Assembly: GCF_001194135.2 (NCBI RefSeq)
Contig: NC_069003.1
Coordinates: 3,790,176 to 3,841,178, forward strand
Reading direction: 5' to 3'
From: Octopus bimaculoides
Lineage: Eukaryota
DNA: 51,003 nt
Shown: piece by piece, positions 13,061-22,905 of the stretch
Layout: each line of letters begins with the position of its first letter
How positions within the stretch are numbered: the stretch's first letter is position 1
Notes under the pieces: generated by a model
Databases searched by the model: none
What the model was told of the DNA's origin: nothing
What the model saw: the letters and a program-made list of their open reading frames with translations, nothing else
Made by a program: the position numbers and the translations under genes

Positions 13061-13309
13061 AAAGAAATTAATTACCTGAACATTTATGTTTTGAGTAAGA
13101 AATACTCGGACCATTCTACAAGCCTTCCACTTACTCCCAAGTACAAAATAGAAGCCCCAAACCGAGTTTTACTTTTTCTCTGTTTTACTGCAAAAGGTTG
13201 CTTAAGATATTTCAGAACGCCCTATGTAAAATGTAAATATGAAAACTGTGTTCAAATGTAACACCATATTTATTAGTTTCCCACTGAATCCCAAGTTAGT
13301 CCTACACAA

Positions 13310-13615
13310 GAATGTCAGCAATATACGACATGGATCTGTAAAATCTCTAGCATTAGGAGAAGGTTTTGTAAAGGAGAAATCTGGTGGCACCTAAAAGTCA
13401 GAATGGAAGGACTTCAAAAGCCACTAATGAGAAGAGAAACATCAAAGTGAGGAATAGCTGAATATGGAAAGCGGGGGAAAAAGGAAATCGTAGACCACTA
13501 TGTAATGAAATTTACATAATTCATCGAGAAGCACGTTGGATACTTAGGAAAATCAAAGAGGTTACGCTTATGGAGGGACTTGCTGAAGGGCCAATCAGTG
13601 AGCATACTTTTCAAG
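13310..13615 (+). mobile_element. Penelope-like element GIY-YIG endonuclease remnant (Penelope/Poseidon-like), with frameshift and stop
   Basis: Translation KGEIWWHLKVRMEGLQKPLMRRETSK*GIAEY, then after a shift GNRRPLCNEIYIIHREARWILRKIKE. This fits the PLE endonuclease pattern (YxGET.R.L..R..EH......S.IAEH....H...W....I.....W..R.IKE). Confidence 0.7.
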
Positions 13616-14196
13616 TAAGCTTAACGTGGTTGGCTTTAGTGAAGAAAAAATTAATAGCCTAAATATATAGCATTAAATATGTGAGCATCAGTGAAGCACG
13701 GGATAAGAGCGTTGTTGCTATTACTTTAGAAATAAATGGTCTTTGATTCGATCCATTCAGGAACTAAACGTATATAAGACATTGATGATGTTTGGAGATT
13801 AAACCGATAGAAACACAGCAAAGATTTAAATATAAAAAGAGTGTGGTCGTTCGATGTGACACGGCCTGAACATTTGTAATCAATAGACGAATTGATGCGA
13901 CAAATAGCCATGGTTTTTCTTCATTTCTTCCCCTCCTTCGAAAATGTTGTTTGGCATTCATGCCACAAACACCCATGGCTGATGTTTATTCCATCCCGAA
14001 TGGAAAGCTCGATATTATATGGTATTTAAATGCTACAAATAGCTTTGTGTAGTCTTTTGATCCGCATTGAATCAAAAGAAGAAAATCTCCGCTATTTAGT
14101 ATTGCGTAGCTTGAGGTTAAACGAAAATGATCAGCTTTCAGTTGAAAACCACTCCACAGGTGGCCATTTCGGTTTTAGTTTCAAACGTTAATATAG

Positions 14197-14357
14197 ATGT
14201 AGGCGTGCCTGCGTGGCAAGAAGTTTGCTTCCCAACGGCATGGTTCCCGGTTCAGTCCTACCGGGTGACCTCAGGCAAGTGTCTTCTACAATAGCCTCGG
14301 ATCGACCAAAGCCTTGTGAGTGGATTTGATAGACGGAAACTGAAAGAAACCCGTCGT
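14197..14357 (+). mobile_element. SINE family B 5' arm followed by (TA)n
   Basis: B-box-like GGTTCAGTCC, then GGCAAGTGTCTTCTACAATAGCCTCGG...GACCAAAGCCTTGTGAGTGGATTTG...ACGGAAACTGAAAGAAACCCGTCG. Confidence 0.9.
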
Positions 14358-14361
14358 ATAT

Positions 14362-14409
<48 letters not shown>

Positions 14410-14649
14410 TGAGGAGNNNNNNNNNNNNNNNNNNNNNNNNNNNNNNNNNNNNNNNNNNNNNNNNNNNNNNNNNNNNNNNNNNNNNNNNNNNNNNNNNNNN
14501 NNNNNNNNNNNNNNNNNNNNNNNNNNNNNNNNNNNNNNNNNNNNNNNNNNNNNNNNNNNNNNNNNNNNNNNNNNNNNNNNNNNNNNNNNNNNNNNNNNNN
14601 NNNNNNNNNNNNNNNNNNNNNNNNNNNNNNNNNNNNNNNNNNNNNNGTG

Positions 14650-14765
14650 ATAATTTACAAAAAGAAGACGAAGACAGGTGTGTAAACAACAAACAGATAT
14701 TTGTTTAACGCTCGGCAAATGAGAAAGTCTTCTACGTTTCGAGCCTACATTCCTTCGCCGGTAAT
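14650..14765 (-). mobile_element. PLE-type 3' tail with a degenerate hammerhead motif
   Basis: The minus strand reads CCGGCGA-A-GGA...CTC-GAAACGTA. GAAACGT with the palindromic ACGT is retained, but the CUGANGA box is mutated at two positions. Confidence 0.5.
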
Positions 14766-15641
14766 CCCGTGCCCTCCACCACTGCTCTCTCCAAGGCAAC
14801 GAAAAATAAAAGAACAGAATTACTTAAGCTACCACAAATGTAACTGTTTCTTCTTTCACCTTCATTCGAAATCTCTGTGGTATAAAGTATGGCGTAAGCA
14901 CAGACTAAACCTATTTAAGAATTTCTTACCTCAATGTCGTTTCATTTCTGGTGATTTAACCCATTAAGTCCCATTGTCCTATAAATAGGTCACTAAAGGA
15001 TACCATTAAATAAGTTATATCACATTGTCTCAGTGTCCTATTGATAGGACACCGAGTATTTCCATTTCTACTTGAAGTAAAGGAGTTTTAATAATTATCT
15101 TTTTCATTTTAACCTATTTTCAGTCATCTGTAAAAGATTTTAAAGTAATATTCAGAAACTTAAGTACTCTGGTCCTATGTGTTGTACATAACGCATCGAA
15201 ATACATTAGCCAATGCCAAATACTTTATTAGAATCGAAAGGTATGAATTTAAGGATGTCTGACAGCAAATTCTTGTCTGTTTAATCAGAATCGATGGACC
15301 TCGTCTGTAGCATATTCCGTAACAGGTTGTTTCTGGTTTTAGATTTTGAAAATATTGTTGACTAGACCTACGCGAAGCCCAATCAATTAAAGAGACGTTC
15401 AATGAAAAGCGTTCAGTCTATAGCCATCTCCTCTTCTAGTTCTGCACATTACGCATCTAGTAATACTTACATTAACAAATAGGTTTTTTGTATTTGTAAA
15501 ATACTTGAGTATGTTTTGAGTAAAGATTCGATGTATTATTCTAGATTGTCGTTCCCATCTAACTACTTCTCACTAGGTTGGCAAGGCTAGTAAAATGGAA
15601 AGACGATAGAGAAGAAAACACACTATAAAAATAGATACTTT

Positions 15642-15680
<39 letters not shown>

Positions 15681-15943
15681 GTATATATACAATTCCACGT
15701 AAAGCCAAGCTTACATACGTAAATGCACAGACAGCTATATAGGTGTCTGTGAGTCTGGGTATCTATATACGTACATACATTTACAGACAAACAAACAGAC
15801 GCGCTGACACGCACATATACATACCAAAGTACATACATACATACGTACACGCACACATATGTACAAAGAGTATATTTGTCATTGTTATTCTCAAAACACC
15901 GATCTATAGACATTTTCGTCAGGGATGTACACTGTACTACATA

Positions 15944-16097
15944 GGCGCAGGCACGGCTGTGTTCTAAGAAGCTTGCAATAAAATGGTTCTGGCTTCAGTT
16001 CCGAAGCGTAGCATCTTAAACATGTTTCTCTTTCCATAGCATCGAGCCGACCGAAGCCTTATGAGGGGATTTGGTAGGCGGAAACAAGTAGTCCGTC

Positions 16098-16098
<1 letters not shown>
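15944..16098 (+). mobile_element. SINE family B 5' arm followed by (TA)n and a gap
   Basis: GGCGCAGGCACGGCTGTG head, then CCGACCGAAGCCTTATGAGGGGATTTGGTAGGCGGAAAC...CCGTCG. Confidence 0.85.
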
Positions 16099-16143
<45 letters not shown>

Positions 16144-16705
16144 NNNNNNNNNNNNNNNNNNNNNNNNNNNNNNNNNNNNNNNNNNNNNNNNNNNNNNNNN
16201 NNNNNNNNNNNNNNNNNNNNNNNNNNNNNNNNNNNNNNNNNNNNNNNNNNNNNNNNNNNNNNNNNNNNNNNNNNNNNNNNNNNNNNNNNNNNNNNNNNNN
16301 NNNNNNNNNNNNNNNNNNNNNNNNNNNNNNNNNNNNNNNNNNNNNNNNNNNNNNNNNNNNNNNNNNNNNNNNNNNNNNNNNNNNNNNNNNNNNNNNNNNN
16401 NNNNNNNNNNNNNNNNNNNNNNNNNNNNNNNNNNNNNNNNNNNNNNNNNNNNNNNNNNNNNNNNNNNNNNNNNNNNNNNNNNNNNNNNNNNNNNNNNNNN
16501 NNNNNNNNNNNNNNNNNNNNNNNNNNNNNNNNNNNNNNNNNNNNNNNNNNNNNNNNNNNNNNNNNNNNNNNNNNNNNNNNNNNNNNNNNNNNNNNNNNNN
16601 NNNNNNNNNNNNNNNNNNNNNNNNNNNNNNNNNNNNNNNNNNNNNNNNNNNNNNNATATATATATATATACATACATATATATATATATATATATACATA
16701 CATAT

Positions 16706-16736
<31 letters not shown>

Positions 16737-16791
16737 CATACATACATATATACATACATACATACATATATATACATATACATACATACAT

Positions 16792-16833
<42 letters not shown>

Positions 16834-17495
16834 AATATTAATAGTTTGTTATTAGGAAACTAATAGATTTTATACAGGGCTGAAAGGAGAAGTGTTCAGA
16901 ACAGTGGAGACAAGAGTAAAATATTAGTTATAGAATAAAAACGCTGGGTTAACGATTCAACATATCACACCCCCTCAATAAACATATAAAAGAAATACAG
17001 CATAATCCATCAAACATAAGGAATAAAAAGATATAAAAATAACGTAAGAAAGATAAAGCAAGGAAGTAAATAAAAGAATAAGAAATGTCTAAGAAGTAAG
17101 ATGCAAGAAATAGAACATATAATACAAAATTTTATACACGAATATATTATTTCAACCGATAACATACAAATAAATTAAAAATAATAAATTTGAGTTAAAG
17201 GTATAACTCAATATACATATATATCATTTCATAGAAGTTCCGAATCAAGTTGAAGTTAATATTAATACGATTAAAAATTTCAAATATATATTTATAATAG
17301 ATCGATTACAAAATAAAGAAACGAGATACAATTAAGTAGTCCATCGGTTAAAAATCAATGACAAAACTTTTAAGTGATTTAACACTATTTAGAGTTAAAA
17401 TATAAAGTTCTATACTTACCTCGGGTATATCTTATAATTTAAAACCAGTGGACATCAACAGGTAAATCCGTATCAGTTAGGTATACACAAGAGAC

Positions 17496-17710
17496 CACAA
17501 AAACATGTGTCAAGGGTGAATACAGGCACCCAGCAGGTATCAGCAGGTAAAAGCATGTAAAATCTAATTCTGCCCACCATGTCCAAAAGTTCACAAAAAC
17601 ACATGGGTCAAAGGACAGATACAGCACCCGGTAGGTATCAATCGGTGAAATCAATTTCAACCACCATTTATAAAAGTTCACGAAAAACATGGGTCAAAGA
17701 ACACGTACGA
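17496..17710. repeat. Degenerate tandem repeat, units starting at 17496, 17592 and 17679 (96 and 87 bp periods)
   Basis: Each unit starts CAC(A/G)AAAA...CATG(G/T)GTCAA(A)G. Units 1 and 2 also share ATACAG..CACCC.G.AGGTATCA and ...CCACCAT...AAAAGTT. Confidence 0.8.
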
Positions 17711-17795
17711 CACCTATGGCCATTTCGGGGGTACACCACTGTATTCTAAAAACACAAAAGAGTGCAAACTGGTGATGAACCTCCTCGTCAGGGTA
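17711..17795 (-). ncRNA. Type I hammerhead ribozyme motif, intact core, long helix II, palindromic helix III
   Basis: Minus strand: UACC-CUGACGA-[GGAGGUUCAUCAC...GUGGUGUACCCCC, 11 of 13 paired]-GAA-AUGGCCAU-A-GGUG. Helix I is UACC/GGUG and the cleavage triplet is AUA (H17 at 17715). Confidence 0.8.
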
Positions 17796-18014
17796 AAAAT
17801 TACACACAAATGTCAAGACATTCACAAAGGGAAAAAAAATATTTTTTATCTAAGAGCAAGTTTATATAGTCAATATGGACCAGCCTTAGACAAGCCTATG
17901 CAAATAATGGAAAGAAAAAAGAGAGAGCTATTTTAGAATAATCAAACAGGCTGCAGTATCAAAACCAATCTTCGAGGTTTCAAACCACCCTAACGCAAAC
18001 TATTACATTTGTTA

Positions 18015-18392
18015 CTATCTGCTGTTTTTATATTTATTTTTATTCCTATACAGTATCAAGAAGGTGGAGGAAAACTTATAGTTGCAGAAAGGGATTACTT
18101 CGGTGAACTTATTTAAGGTTTTTGGTCCAAAGGACCTGAGTATCGCAAGGGATTCCTTAATACATAATGAACATTTACTAATATTTGCCTTAAAGTAGGG
18201 GGCTCTTGAAATAATAGATCATTCAAGAGAGTACTTTATATTCTTCTTCTTGATGTCATGCAAATAAGAGGCGAGTGTAGTCGAGTTACAGTATTTTTCG
18301 TTTGAAAACGAACTCATATGCGCTCTATATCTAGCCTTAAGGTCCTTCGTGCTTCTTATATAAAACTTATCTAATTTGTTCTCGTCTCTGAT
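18015..18392 (-). pseudogene. PLE GIY-YIG endonuclease C-terminal remnant (126 codons including the terminal stop; one internal TGA at 18219-18221)
   Basis: Translation IRDENKLDKFYIRSTKDLKARYRAHMSSFSNEKYCNSTTLASYLHDIKKKNIKYSLE*SIISRAPYFKANISKCSLCIKESLAIL...LNK. It matches the Neptune-type pattern YIG.T...K.RY..H.SSF..E...NST.LS......K......W.I...A.......C.LC..E..AI...LNK. Confidence 0.8.
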
Positions 18393-18440
18393 ATGTATGT
18401 ATATATGTATGTATGTATGTATGTATATATATTATTCTTA

Positions 18441-18575
18441 TACAGGAATGCTGTTGAGAGCGGCTTCGAAATTTCGGCCAGACAGATAAGCCATCGTTGG
18501 TATAACATCCGATAATCCGACGATGGCTTAGGTGACCGAAGCTTCGAAAGTCACTGTCAAAAACATTCTTGTGTA
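18441..18575. repeat. About 135-bp imperfect palindrome (foldback/MITE-like), TA at both ends
   Basis: TAAGCCATCGTTGG (18487-18500) pairs with CCGACGATGGCTTA (18517-18530). The outer arms TACAGGAATGCTGTTGAGAGCGGCTTCGAAATTTCGGCCA and TGACCGAAGCTTCGAAAGTCACTGTCAAAAACATTCTTGTGTA are also complementary. Confidence 0.8.
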
Positions 18576-18764
18576 AGAGTAATAAATTTGTACTCTACAA
18601 TCTATAGTGTAACCCATGAGATTAACATAAAATTCTTTTTGCAACTTTTTGTCTTAAGAGTCTTCTATTTCAGTGATATTCTATATTTTTTTTAATATAT
18701 AAATAATATTACAGCTTACTTGGTATGTCTCGATATTTCTGTAGCTTTCCTTTGTATTTTTCAG

Positions 18765-19876
18765 ATGCAAATCGATTGATGGTGGACTTGTGGCAATATG
18801 GAAGATAAAGGGTCTGAAATGTGGAGAAATTAGAAATTAATCTGAGAGGACTGTTTCATAAGAAAGGTCAAAGAGGCAAATCTATTCATAAGCTGTGAAC
18901 GAAATTTCAGAAAACTAGGTTTTTGCACCATGTCATTAGAACTGGACGTCTAAGAAAATCTAGAGAAAGAATCGAATTGGTTCGAATAGCATTTGAACAA
19001 AATCTGCAATTATAGACTCTTTCGGTAGCTAGCATGTTAGAAATTCTACCTGAATCAAATCACGGAATACTACGAAGGGATGTTAAATATATAAAAAAAA
19101 GCTTATGACATTCGAGTTTTCCACAACTTACAAGAAGAGGATTATCCACGAAGATCACGGTTTTACGCTGAGCTTATTGATAAAAATGAAAGTGGCGATT
19201 TAAATCTGTTCAATGATGAAGTGACCTTTAAGACATGTGGAAAGTTTGATCGTGACAATTGTCGTATTTGAAGACGCGAGAAGTCGAATGAATTTCTTGT
19301 ATAGGAACGAAATACACGAAAGTGAACGTTTGGTTTGGTATACTTTAATCAAACGTGATGGTTCTTTCTTCTTCGCAGAGATTACACCACACGAACTATA
19401 TCTCTTGATACACTTAGACAATTCCTCGAGCCTCCACTTCTTACAGATAACATTCTGGACACAGAATGAAATACTATGCCGTTACTTAATTATCTTCACA
19501 GGCGTTTCCCTTGTTCGACTGGTCATGGCAGAACACAAGCGTGGGGAGTACGCTCATCCGTTTTGACATCATTAGATGTGTTTCGCTTGCGGGCTCATTA
19601 AAGCGATGCTTCCCGCCTATAGAAGAATTAGAGATGTAGCAGCATCTCAAAATCTTATTACTGATATACTGCAAAACGTAAAATGTCAAATACTGCAAAG
19701 TGTGTTACAGGAAGCAATTTATCGCATTGAGCTCTGTAGAAACGCTGGTGGTGACCTTGTGAAGGACTGCTTCTTTGCAGCATGTACTTTGGACTAAATA
19801 TATTATTCAAATTTAAACTAGTTTTTCATAATTTCGATTATTTCTCAAAATAGATTCTGACTTTTGAAACATCCTG
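18765..19876 (+). mobile_element. Decayed Tc1/mariner DNA transposon, rosa/DD41D-like transposase pseudogene with a probable right terminus
   Basis: Collinear frameshifted motifs: HTH region KSIHKL*TKFQKT...RTGRLRKSRERIELVRIAFEQN; AYDIRVFHNLQEEDYPRRSRF; LFNDEVTF (first catalytic D at 19215); CGKFDRDNCRI*; FFFAEIT; LRQFLEPPLLTDNILDT; YLHRRFP...AWGVRSSVLTSLDVF/ACGLIK; ILQSVLQEAIYRIELCRNAGGDLV. The right end TTTTGAAACATCCTG|TA is typical. The QQDGA segment appears deleted and no left TIR was found. Confidence 0.8.
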
Positions 19877-19999
19877 TATTAGAGAAAGGGAGGATTTAGA
19901 TAGCGCGATGTCTCTTTATTCTATCTGAATATAATGGAACCGGGAAGAGAGTTTGAGATAGATAATGAGAAAGGGGGACTTTATTACAAAGAGGGATAA

Positions 20000-20640
20000 A
20001 GATAGAGAGGATAGCTTAAATACAGGAAAAGAATGAATTTGAGAGCGTTAGGAAGAGTGAGGTAGAATTACAGAATGAAGGATGTCTTAATGTGGAAGTG
20101 TTTGATGAGAGAGGGGTTTGGAGATAGAAAGAGACAAATAGAGAGGGAAAGAGAATAATAAGAGAGTCACAGAGTGAGACAGTTAGTGTAAGTAAATTAT
20201 GTACTGAGAGCCGTGGAATCTAAAATAGAGAATTAGAATGAGCGAAAGAGCGCCTGGGAGAATGAGAGAGAGAGACAGACAGACAGACAGATAGACTGAC
20301 AGACAGACAGATAGAGACAGAGACACACAGAGAGAGAGAGAGCCAGAGATAGAGAGAGTCATAGAGAGTTAATGGTGTTTTAGTATGGTGGTGTATGCAG
20401 GGAGTGAAAGGTTCGGATTAAGAGACAGAGACACGGGGCAGTGAAAGACATCGTAAAAGAATTAGATGAGAGAAAAAGTGGAAGAGAAGGAGTGCGAGAG
20501 AAAAGAGGAGACAGAGAGAAAAAGAGAGAGAGGGGCAGATAGAAAAAGTAGAGGAAGGCAGAGAAAGAGAGAGAGAGAATAAGAACGTGGGAGGAAGAAA
20601 GAGAGCGATAGATAGACAGAGGATCTTGATTGATGTTGAA
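20000..20640. repeat. (GA)n/(GACA)n purine-rich low-complexity tract
   Basis: Directly visible. Confidence 0.85.
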
Positions 20641-22672
20641 CGAAATAAAAATAAAGGAGGGTTAATATTGCTGGATAACAATAAAGTAAAGTTAGTGGTT
20701 GTGAAGGGTACAGAATAGAAGAAAAATATCTGAATAGGTATGATGATGATGTGCAGCTAGAAGCAATAATGGTATTCATTGGAAGAATAAAGTAGTTATT
20801 AGCAGACTAAGAATAGGAATATTATCGCTTCGCATCGATAATGAGAAAACGAAAATGAAAATTACCTAAAAAAAAAAATATGTATATATAAAATAAATAA
20901 CAGTAAATATATAAGAAATAAGAAAAATATTCTGGCAAAAAATATATAAAATCAAATAAAATCTTGAAAATTACGATGAAGCGAAATGAAAGAAAATTGT
21001 GGATGATGGTTTATTTCGTGGATAAGATTCTGCAAAAAAATGGGATTAAATGAAGTTGCTTAAGGAGAGATCAATTATTGCAGGAAACATTGCCGGAATA
21101 TGGTTGCAGGACGTGCTAGAAATAGCAGAGAAATTGGATTTAAAATCACAAATCACAACATAGTTTTTGTTTTTTTTTGATAAGGAAGGGATGGATATAT
21201 AACATAGTGTGAGCCCAGATATCTCTAACATGTGGAGTGGTCGTGGCTGCTTAATCAATGTCTAATAGGGGTTAATCGTTATCTGCAACAAAGTTGATAT
21301 CTCCTACTTTTAATGTGGTTGTAGTGACATGTTATTGATTATAGCCTGACCGATTAGGCTCTACTCGCGGAAAATCAATCAATACGATAACTAATAAGTA
21401 ACGCGTATTAAGTATTGGAATTCTCTGCACATTTTTGGTGCTTCTTTCTTTTACTATCTTCAGTCATTGAACTGCGTGTTCTTCCTCCACTTACTGCAAT
21501 ATGTTCTTCTAAGATTTTCGTCACACATCTGTGACCAGTTTAGCGAGACTTCGCGTTCGTTTTCGCGTGTCTTCTTGCTCCACTTATTCCATTCTGTTCA
21601 TTGTAAGATGTGTACACAAAAAGGTATAATATCTATCTATCTATCTATCTACCTACTTATATATATACAAATGTAAATGCATAAGTATATATNNNNNNNN
21701 NNNNNNNNNNNNNNNNNNNNNNNNNNNNNNNNNNNNNNNNNNNNNNNNNNNNNNNNNNNNNNNNNNNNNNNNNNNNNNNNNNNNNNNNNNNNNNNNNNNN
21801 NNNNNNNNNNNNNNNNNNNNNNNNNNNNNNNNNNNNNNNNNNNNNNNNNNNNNNNNNNNNNNNNNNNNNNNNNNNNNNNNNNNNNNNNNNNNNNNNNNNN
21901 NNNNNNNNNNNNNNNNNNNNNNNNNNNNNNNNNNNNNNNNNNNNNNNNNNNNNNNNNNNNNNNNNNNNNNNNNNNNNNNNNNNNNNNNNNNNNNNNNNNN
22001 NNNNNNNNNNNNNNNNNNNNNNNNNNNNNNNNNNNNNNNNNNNNNNNNNNNNNNNNNNNNNNNNNNNNNNNNNNNNNNNNNNNNNNNNNNNNNNNNNNNN
22101 NNNNNNNNNNNNNNNNNNNNNNNNNNNNNNNNNNNNNNNNNNNNNNNNNNNNNNNNNNNNNNNNNNNNNNNNNNNNNNNNNNNNNNNNNNNNNNNNNNNN
22201 NNNNNNNNNNNNNNNNNNNNNNNNNNNNNNNNNNNNNNNNNNNNNNNNNNNNNNNNNNNNNNNNNNNNNNNNNNNNNNNNNNNNNNNNNNNNNNNNNNNN
22301 NNNNNNNNNNNNNNNNNNNNNNNNNNNNNNNNNNNNNNNNNNNNNNNNNNNNNNNNNNNNNNNNNNNNNNNNNNNNNNNNNNNNNNNNNNNNNNNNNNNN
22401 NNNNNNNNNNNNNNNNNNNNNNNNNNNNNNNNNNNNNNNNNNNNNNNNNNNNNNNNNNNNNNNNNNNNNNNNNNNNNNNNNNNNNNNNNNNNNNNNNNNN
22501 NNNNNNNNNNNNNNNNNNNNNNNNNNNNNNNNNNNNNNNNNNNNNNNNNNNNNNNNNNNNNNNNNNNNNNNNNNNNNNNNNNNNNNNNNNNNNNTCTTAA
22601 TTTTTTTTACGAGGGGCGCTGAAGACGTCCTGATTTTAAGGGTGTCGTGAAAAGCCTGGACGGAGGCCTGTC

Positions 22673-22905
22673 CTTATTTCTTTACTGCCCACAAGGGGCT
22701 AAACGTAGAGGCGACAAACAAGGACAGACAAAGGGATTAAGTCGATTAGATCGACCCCAGTGCGTAACTGGTACTCAATTTATCGACCCCGAAAGAATGA
22801 AATGCAAAGTCGACCTCGGCGGATTTTGAACTCAGAACGTAACGGCAGATGAAATACCGATAAACATTTCGCCCGTCCTGCTAACGTTTCTGCCAGCTCA
22901 CCGCC
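22673..22905 (-). mobile_element. SINE family A, full-length and well preserved
   Basis: Antisense GGCGGTGAGCTGGCAGAAACGTTAGCAGG...GAGTTCAAAATCCGCCGAGGTCGACTTTGCATTTCATTCTTTCGGGGTCGATAAATTGAGTACCAG...GTAAAGAAATAAG. Confidence 0.92.

Larger units (their letters stand above)
16860..18392 (-). mobile_element. 5'-truncated Penelope-like element (Neptune-like): GIY-YIG C-terminus plus long AT-rich 3' region with hammerhead; 3' boundary uncertain
   Basis: The coding remnant at 18392-18015, a hammerhead at 17795-17711 and tandem repeats at 17496-17710 all lie in the same orientation. Confidence 0.65.

Noticed and set aside
15200-15470. Possible L1/Tx1 C-terminal zinc-knuckle remnant on the minus strand
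   Set aside because: Only scattered residues match, which could be chance.
17496-17710. CRISPR-like repeat-spacer array
   Set aside because: The context is eukaryotic, whole units are degenerate homologues rather than identical repeats with unique spacers, and there are no cas genes.
18441-18455. Left TIR of the mariner-like element (TACAGGAATG resembles the right end TACAGGATG)
   Set aside because: The match is only about 8 nt, and this sequence is better explained as one arm of the 18441-18575 palindrome.
21050-21330. Possible LINE apurinic-endonuclease remnant (IIAGNI..., SPDIS)
   Set aside because: The catalytic GDFN and SDH motifs are not preserved; too weak to call.
22617-22655. CTGAAGA...GAAA hammerhead-like text with an 8-bp stem
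   Set aside because: The stem overlaps the core box, the spacing to GAAA is wrong, and no helix III/NUH or helix I forms.
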